A model generated the notes under the pieces. That model was given only the letters and a program-made list of their open reading frames with translations. It searched no databases and was not told where the DNA came from. A stretch of DNA of 64,000 bases, from assembly GCA_963841435.1 (NCBI GenBank), contig CAWJCS010000006.1, positions 1,120,001 to 1,184,000 on the forward strand, in the 5' to 3' direction. This stretch comes from an uncultured delta proteobacterium. Lineage in GTDB: Bacteria > Myxococcota_A > Polyangia > Polyangiales > Polyangiaceae. Shown here piece by piece: positions 57,020 to 64,000 of the stretch. Each line of letters begins with the position of its first letter. Within the stretch, counting starts at the first letter, position 1. The position numbers and the translations under genes were made by a program.

Positions 57020-57049
57020 TTGACAGCACCTCGGGCGTGGCACTAGATA
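57020..57049 (+). promoter_or_regulatory. Candidate sigma70 promoter of the nuo operon
   Basis: TTGACA at 57020-57025, TAGATA 18 bp downstream. Confidence 0.45.
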
Positions 57050-57116
57050 GCCCGGCGTTTCGCTGCCGGGTCCCCGCGTGATTTCGTGGACTTGGCGTAC
57101 CGAGCGCCCCCCAAAC

Positions 57117-57476
57117 ATGTTCGCCACCTACCTCCCGCTCCTCGTCACGTTCCTCTTGGTGGGGATCATCTGCTCCGTCATGTTCCTCGGCGGGCAGCTC
57201 GTCGGGCCCAAGAACCCGACCCCCGAAAAGATGATGCCGTTCGAGTGCGGCAACGATACGCCCGGTTCCGGCGGCACTCGCATGAGCGTGAAATTCTATC
57301 TGACCGCAATCCTGTTCGTGGTCTTCGATATCGAGGTCGTCTTCATGTACCCATGGGCGGCGCTCTTCCGCGGTCTCGGCTGGTCGGGGTTTTTCACGAT
57401 GTTCGGCTTCATCGTGGCGCTGGTCGTCGCCCTCGCGTACTGCTGGAAGAAAGGAGCGCTCGAATGGGAGAACTGA
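57117..57476 (+). CDS. nuoA: NADH-quinone oxidoreductase subunit A
   Basis: [37 protein letters not shown]. Confidence 0.96.
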   Translation: MFATYLPLLVTFLLVGIICSVMFLGGQLVGPKNPTPEKMMPFECGNDTPGSGGTRMSVKFYLTAILFVVFDIEVVFMYPWAALFRGLGWSGFFTMFGFIVALVVALAYCWKKGALEWEN

Positions 57477-58055
57477 AAGGTCCCCCGACCGAAATCCTCT
57501 CGCCCGGCGACGGCCAGGGCTTCGCGACCACGCGGCTCGAGTCGATGCTCGCGTGGGCGCAGAAGTACTCGCTTTTCATGTACCCCTTCGTCACCGCCTG
57601 CTGCGGGATGGAGTTCATGGCGGTTTCGAGCCCGCGCTACGATTTTTCCCGCTTCGGCTCCGAGGCGCCGCGTTTTTCACCGCGCCAGGCCGACCTTTTG
57701 TGGGTGGTCGGCACGATCATGCAGCGGCAGGCGCCGATTCTGCGCCGCATCTACGAACAGATGGCCGAGCCCAAGTGGGTGCTCGCGTTCGGCACCTGCG
57801 CGTCGTGCGGCGGCTTCTACGACAACTACGCCTGTGTCGCCGGGCATCGACAAGATCATCCCCTGCGACGTCTACGTGCCGGGCTGCCCGCCGCGACCGG
57901 AAGCCGTGCTCGACGGCCTGCTGCTCCTGCAGGACAAGATCCAGCGCGGCGACAAGCGCCCCGCCATCGTGAAGCCGCGTCACGATCCGGTTGACGATCA
58001 GAACCTCGGCCTGGTGCAGCTCCGGCGCTCGCGCCCATCGCGTTCTTCGGTGTGA
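57464..58055 (+). CDS. nuoB: NADH-quinone oxidoreductase subunit B; one apparent frameshift near 57842
   Basis: [34 protein letters not shown] / [13 protein letters not shown]. Confidence 0.95.
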
Positions 58056-58056
58056 G

Positions 58057-58649
58057 ATGGCAAAGGCGCTCGTCGAGCTGTTGAAAAGGCAGTTCCCGGC
58101 CGACGTCCTCGAGACCCATTCGCTCGCGGGCGACGAGACCGTGGTCGTCTACGCCGCGCGCTGGAAAGAGGTCGCGCGCTTTCTGCGCGACGAGCCGCGC
58201 GCCGACATGAGCATGCTCGTGGACCTCACGGCGGTCGACTACCCGGATCGCACACGCCGCGCTTCGAGGTCGTGGCGCACCTGTTCTCGCTCGCAAAGGG
58301 CCACCGCCTGCGCCTCAAGGCGCGCGTGGGCGGCCCCGAGGGCGAGGACGCGGAGATCGACAGCCTGACCGAGCTCTGGGCGAGCGCGAACTGGTTCGAG
58401 CGCGAGTGCTGGGACATGTTCGGCGTGCGCTTCAGGGGCCACCCCGATCTGCGCCGCATCCTGCTGTACCCCGAGTTCGAGGGGCACCCGCTGCGCAAGG
58501 ACTACCCGGCCGATCGCATCCAGCCGCTCGTCCCGTACCGCGAGGTGCCGAACATCGACAAGCTCGCGCCGTTCGGTCCCGACGAGGGCATGTCGTTCGG
58601 CCGCCAGACGTTCGCGCATCGCGCCGACGACGAAGACGACGTGAACTGA
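58057..58649 (+). CDS. nuoC: NADH-quinone oxidoreductase subunit C; apparent 2-nt insertion near 58252
   Basis: LVDLTAVDYP / ANWFERECWDMFGVRFRGHPDLRRILL, GHPLRKDYP. Confidence 0.95.
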
Positions 58650-59867
58650 TGGAACCCATCGATCAAGAGCTGGATCTTCCGAGCTCGAGCTGCCCGCCGA
58701 CCCGATGCTGCTCAACGTGGGCCCGGCGCACCCGGCGATGCACGGCACCGTGCGTATCGTCATGGAGCTTTCGGGCGAGTCGATCGAGCGCTGCGACGTG
58801 CAGGTCGGCTACTTGCACCGCGGCTTCGAGAAGATGTGCGAGCGCGGCACCTGGACGCAGGTGTTCCCCTACGTCGATCGCTGCAACTACGTCTCGCCGA
58901 TGCTCAACAACGTGGGCTTCGCGCTGGCCTGCGAGAAGCTGCTCGGCATCACCGTGCCCGAGCGCTGCCAGTGGTACCGGATGGCACTCGGCGAGCTCGC
59001 GCGCATGTCCGACCACCTCACTTGCGACGGCGCCATGGCCATGGAGCTCGGCGCGTTCACGCCGTTTCTCTGGATGATCAAGGGCCGCGAGATGATCTGG
59101 GACCTCATGGAGGAGGAGACCGGCGCGCGCCTGACCCACAGCTTCGGGCGCGTCGGCGGCATGGCGAACCCCCCGACCGACCGGTTTCAAGGAGCAGGCG
59201 CGCGCCGTCGCAAGCACATCCTCGACGATCATCGCCGAGGTCGAGCGCCTGTTGCTCGGCAACCGCATCTTCCTCGACCGCCTCGAAGGCGTCGGCGTCA
59301 TGCCGCCCGAAGACGCGATCTCGCTCGGCTGGACGGGGCCGTGCCTGCGCGCCGCCGGCGTGCCGTACGACGTGCGCAAGTCGCATCCCTACATGAAGTA
59401 CGGCGAGGTCGAGTTCGACGTGCCCGTGGGGCAGGCCGAGCGACTGCTTCGATCGCTTCATGGTGCGCATCGAGGAGATCCGGCAGAGCGCGCAGCATCA
59501 TCGAGCAGTGCCTCGAGCGGATGCGCCGACTCGGGCCCCGTCAACGTCGACGACCCGCGCGTCATCCTGCCGCCCAAGGAAGACGTCTACACGACGATCG
59601 AAGGGACCATCCAGCACTTCAAGATCGTGATGGAGGGGCTCAAGCTCCCGGCCGGCGAGGTCTACTCGTACACCGAGGGCGGCAACGGCGAGCTCGGCTT
59701 CTATCATCGTGAGCGACGGCAGCGGCACGCCGTACCGCGTGCGCATCCGGCCGCCCTGCTTCTACGTGACCGGTGGTCTCGAACGCATCATCACCGGCGC
59801 GATGATGGCCGACGTCGTGCCGAGCTTCGGCTCGCTCAACATGATCGGCGGCGAGTGCGACCGCTGA
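58649..59867 (+). CDS. nuoD: NADH-quinone oxidoreductase subunit D; about 7 apparent frameshifts
   Basis: [60 protein letters not shown]-terminus. Confidence 0.93.
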
Positions 59868-59899
59868 GGGCGCTAGCCCCCTTGTTTCCGAGCACCAGT

Positions 59900-61487
59900 A
59901 TGCCCTCGTTCAAGCTCGACGAAAACGACATCCCCTTCGAGCCCGGTGACACGATCATCCGGGCGGCCCAGCGCGCGGGGGTCGACATCCCGCACTACTG
60001 CTGGCATCCGGGCCTGAGCGTCGCGGCGAACTGCCGCATGTGCCTCGTCGAGGTCATGCCCCCGCCGGGCCGGCCCGCGATGATGCTCGACGTGCTCGAG
60101 TGGGACGCGGAAAAGGGCGAGTACGTTCCGCAGAAGAAGCCGAAGCTCCAGCCCGCGTGCCAGTTCGCCGCCGCCGACGGGCATGGTCGTCAAGAGCCAG
60201 TCGAGCCCGCACGTCGAGCGCGCGCGCTCCGCCGTGCAGGAGCTCCTGCTCCTCAACCACCCGGTCGATTGCCCGATCTGCGATCAGGCGGGCGAGTGCC
60301 GGCTCCAGGACTACTGGCTCGAGCACCAGCGCGCGAAGAAGCGCATGCGCGACGAGCCCGTGCACAAGCCGAAGGCCGTCGTGTTCGGCCCGACCATCGT
60401 CTACGACGCCGAGCGCTGCATCGTGTGCACGCGCTGCATCCGCTTCTGCGAAGAGGTGGCGAAGGATCCCGTGCTCAGCGTGCGCGAGCGCGGCAACCTG
60501 AACGAGATCGTCGTCTCGCCGGGCCGACAGCTCGACCACGCCTACACGCTCATGACCGAGTACGTGTGCCCGGTCGGCGCGCTCACCGCCGTCGATTTCC
60601 GCTTCAAGGCGCGCGTCTGGTTCCTGCGCTCGGCGCGGAGCATCTGCGTCGGCTGCGCCACGGGCTGCAACGCCTTCACCGACTACGATCCGCGCGACGA
60701 ACGAGGTCTACCGCTACCGTCCGCGCGAGAACCTCGACGTCAACAAGTACTGGATGTGCGACGAGGGCATGCTCGACTACCGCCGCGTCAAGGAGGGGCG
60801 CGTGGTCCAGGCGCGCGTCTCCAAGCAGCCGGCGACGCCACAAGCCGCGCTCGCGAAGGCCTACGAGCTCTTCGCCTCGGCTCCCGCGGCGACGACGGCC
60901 GTCGTGCTTTCGGCCGAGCATTCGCTCGAGGACAACTTCGCGGTCTTCGAGCTCGCGCGCGACGTGCTCAAGATCGAGAACGTCTTCTTGGCGGGGCGCC
61001 CCTCGGGTCAGGGCGACCAGGTGCTCAAGGATTCCGACAAGAAACCCGAACGGTGCGGGCGTGCGGCGGCTCGCCCCGCAGGCCAAATCGTTCGCGGAGC
61101 TCGTGCTCGAGGTCGAGGCTGGCCGCATCACGCACCTCCTGGCGCTCGGCTCGCAAACGCCCGCGCCCGCACCGGTGCTCTCGCGCGTCGCGCACATCGT
61201 CTCGCTGTCGTCGCACCAGGGCCCGCTGTCGGACCACGCCGAGGTGCTGCTGCCCGCGGCGAGCTTGGCCGAGGCGCACGGTACCTTCGTCAACACGAAC
61301 GGGCTGATGCAGGAAAGCGAGCGAGCCGTCCCGCCGCGCGGTGAAGCACGCCCCGCATTCCGCTGGGTCCACGAGCTTCGCACGCTGTTCGACAGGCCAC
61401 CGTCGTGGCGCAAGCTCGGAGAGCTCGCGCGCGCTCTTGCGCCCCGAGGGCGCGGCCGCCCGGGAAGGCGCGAGTGCCCAGCCATGA
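59900..61487 (+). CDS. nuoG: NADH-quinone oxidoreductase subunit G (short form, about 527 aa); about 4 apparent frameshifts
   Basis: [84 protein letters not shown]; stop inferred from ATGA overlap with nuoH. Confidence 0.9.
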
Positions 61488-63282
61488 CGCTCATCGATTT
61501 CATCCTCGTCGTCGTCAAGGTCGTGCTCGTCGTGCTCACCATGATGAACCTCGCGGTCCTTCTGACCTGGGCCGACCGGCGCCAGGGTGCGATGATCCAG
61601 GACCGCGTGGGTCCGAACCGCGCCGTCATCTGGCTGCCGACGCGGCTCGCGCAGGGGCTCGCCGTGGGTCCGGCGCTTGGCGCCGCGGCGCTGGTCAGCT
61701 TCCTCGCGTTCGGCCACCTCGCGGGCATCGGCGTGGCCCCCGAAGGTCCCGCCCGTACGACGGCGGCCATGGCGTTCAGCCAGCTCGCCATCCTCTTCAC
61801 GTGGGCCACGGCCGCCATGATCTCGGGCCGCGCCCGCGCGCGCGGTCCGCGCTCGAAGTTCGACCTCTGGATACAGGACTCTTCGCCGCGGACGATCTTC
61901 GTGGGCGGCCTCGTCGCTCACCTCGGCACGCTGCTCGTGGGCTCGGCGCTGCGCGGCACCGAGCTCGGCTCGCTCCTGCGCGACGTGGGTTACGGCGGCG
62001 GCGCCGGCGTGCTCCTGTTCGCGATCCTGTTCGGAGCCGGCTACGCCGCTCACGCGATTCGCAACGAGCCGCGCGTCGGCCTCCGGCTGATCGGCACGCT
62101 GCACGCGGCCGCCGACGGGCTCAAGACGCTGTGGAAGGAAGACTTCATTCCGCCGAACGCGGATCGGCTGCTGCACAGCCTCGCGCCGATGATCTCGTTC
62201 TTCCCGGCGCTCGCCGTGTTCGCCGTCATTCCCTTCGGTGACACGCTCTGTTTCGGCGTCGATGCCGAGACGGCACATCGACCTCATGAAGCTCGCGCAC
62301 GCCGTGCCCCGCGACGGCATCTGCACCGACGGCGCCGTGGCGCTGCAGGTCGCGAACCTCAACGTCGGCCTGCTCTACTTCTTCGCTCTCGCCGGCACGG
62401 GCATCGTGGGCGCCGCGCTCGCGGGCTGGGCCAGCGACAACAAGTACAGCCTGCTCGGCGGCCTGCGCGCCGCGAGCCAGATGGTCTCCTACGAGGTGAC
62501 CATGGGCCTCGCGCTGATCGGCGCCATGATGGTGTACGGCACGCTGCGCCTCGACGAGATGGTGCGCTGGCAGACGACGCACACCTGGGGCATCTTCGTG
62601 CAGCCGCTCGCGTTCTTCTTGTTCTTCGCGGCGGCCGTCGCCGAGTCCAAGCGCATTCCCTTCGATCTTCCCGAAGGCGAGAGCGAGATCGTCGCCGGCT
62701 ACTTCACCGAGTACGCCGGCATGAAGTTCGCGATGTTCTTCTTCTCGGAGTACATCGCCGTGGTCTCGTCGAGCGCGCTCATGGCGACGCTGTTCCTCGG
62801 CGGCTGGAATCTGCCGTTCGTCTTCCGCGACGGCGTGCACGTCGCGATCGGCGACAACGTGTTCTTCGAGCAGGCCATGTCGCACGGCTCGCTGGTCGTT
62901 GATCGGGGCTCTGGCGTTCCTCGGCAAGATCGTCGTGCTCTGCTGGCTCCAGCTGATGATCCGCTGGACGCTGCCGCGCTTCCGCTACGATCAGCTCATG
63001 CGCCTCGGCTGGCGCAAGCTGTTGCCCGCGTCGCTCGTGAACGTGCTCGCCACGGGGCTCGTGCTCCTGCTCGTGGATTCGGGCGGTCCGCGCTTGTTCG
63101 AGGCGCTCCGGGTGCTCTCCGACGTCAGCGTTTTGGGTCTGGCGCTCGCGGGTGTCGGGGTGGCCGTCTGGTTCCTCGTCTTCGTGGCGCGCCCCGTGCA
63201 GAAGCGGCGCATGCTCGCGTCGTCCTCCGCGCAGTTCGCGTCGTCGATGGGTGGTACCCGCAACGCTCGGATGGACGCCTGA
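61484..63282 (+). CDS. nuoH: NADH-quinone oxidoreductase subunit H, unusually long (about 598 aa); apparent frameshifts near 62270 and 62900
   Basis: [78 protein letters not shown]. Confidence 0.93.
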
Positions 63283-63947
63283 TGGAAGCAACGAAGACGA
63301 ATCCCATGGTGCTCGGCCCGCGCAAGGTCGTGGGAAAGCCCGTTTCGCGGCCCGTGCGCAGCGCGGCCGTGCAGACCTACATTCCCGAAATCGTGAGGGG
63401 CCTCGGCATCACGATGAGCCACTTCTTTCGCAATACGAAGGAAATGGCCCTCGGCCAGCGCAACGACCCCTCGACGGAATCCGTCGAGGAGGGCATCAAC
63501 ACGGTGAGCTACCCCGAGCAGCGCCGTCCCTATCCGGCGCGCTTTCGAGGCGTGCACCGGCTGATGCACCGCGACGACGGCTCGCCGCGCTGCGTGGCGT
63601 GCCTGTGTTGTTCCACGGCCTGCCCGGCCCAGTGCATCCACATCGAAGCGGGCGAGTACCCCGAAGGCGATCCGCGGCGCGGCTACGAGCGCTTTCCGCA
63701 GCGTTTCGTGATCGACGAGCTGCGTTGCGTGTTCTGCGGGTTCTGCGTCGAAGCATGCCCTTGTGACGCCATCCGCATGGACACGGGCATGCACGCGCCG
63801 CCCTACGATTCGCGTGAGCAGTTCATCTTCGAGAAGGACCTGCTCATGAGCTTCCCGGGCCGCGACGGCTCGCACTTGACTGCGAACCCGCGTCACGAGC
63901 CGGGCGACTCGTCCCACCCCGGCGTCACTCGCGAAAAGGGGCACTGA
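63282..63947 (+). CDS. nuoI: NADH-quinone oxidoreductase subunit I
   Basis: YPEQRR...RFRGVHRL, CVACLCCSTACP and CVFCGFCVEACP (2x 4Fe-4S). Confidence 0.95.
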   Translation: MEATKTNPMVLGPRKVVGKPVSRPVRSAAVQTYIPEIVRGLGITMSHFFRNTKEMALGQRNDPSTESVEEGINTVSYPEQRRPYPARFRGVHRLMHRDDGSPRCVACLCCSTACPAQCIHIEAGEYPEGDPRRGYERFPQRFVIDELRCVFCGFCVEACPCDAIRMDTGMHAPPYDSREQFIFEKDLLMSFPGRDGSHLTANPRHEPGDSSHPGVTREKGH

Positions 63948-64000
63948 AGCCCCCGCGGTGCTAGATCGGGGAGCCGCGCTCGGTGCCCCCGCGAAAGCCC

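Noticed and set aside
57038..57052. TGGCAC as a sigma54 promoter for nuo
   Set aside because: The -12 GC is one base out of register; the TTGACA-based sigma70 reading fits better
59252..62902. 1216-aa ORF that appears to fuse NuoD, NuoG and NuoH
   Set aside because: Patchwork of in-frame and out-of-frame segments created by insertion errors; separate starts and stops for nuoD, nuoG and nuoH are recoverable
1..64000. tRNA, rRNA, riboswitch, CRISPR array, transposase or prophage genes
   Set aside because: None recognised by eye; intergenic spaces are short. A covariance-model scan was not possible, so small ncRNAs cannot be excluded

Overview
GC-rich (roughly 70% by eye) bacterial chromosomal segment, gene-dense and mostly housekeeping. 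Gene content and style (DUF4398/OmpA pair, tandem AIM24 genes, PilZ protein with a long Pro/Ala linker, Gly-rich beta-propeller lipoprotein, split nuo operon) point to Myxococcota, probably Polyangiaceae-like; this is inference. In order it carries: adaA-alkA/ogt, oxyR/dps, nhaA, hisN, GH130 + GT32, a sensor-less hybrid kinase with a sigma54-driven receiver, DUF4398/OmpA, an atypical Fic protein coupled to a TPR-methyltransferase, purL, three AIM24 genes, a PilZ mosaic protein, an ACT protein, a tetR-MFP-RND-tolC-hemW operon, a HEAT-methyltransferase, NUDIX, IMPase, FAH, yhaO/yhaN, an FAD oxidoreductase, a metallophosphoesterase, aceE, a polytopic membrane protein, three small Cys-rich genes, a beta-propeller lipoprotein, mutT/mutY, a 1.6-kb repeat-flanked insert, a TPR-like gene and nuoABCD-GHI. 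About 20 one- or two-base insertions break conserved genes (purL, nuo and others) and look like long-read consensus errors. I saw no rRNA, tRNA, CRISPR array or intact transposase/integrase. Best novelty candidates: (1) the Cys-rich three-gene cassette at 49.5-50.3 kb, (2) the wHTH/RRE-like non-canonical Fic + TPR-methyltransferase pair, (3) a decayed island bounded by ~66-bp palindromic direct repeats at the mutY 5' end, (4) a NuoH with a ~150-aa multi-TM insertion.
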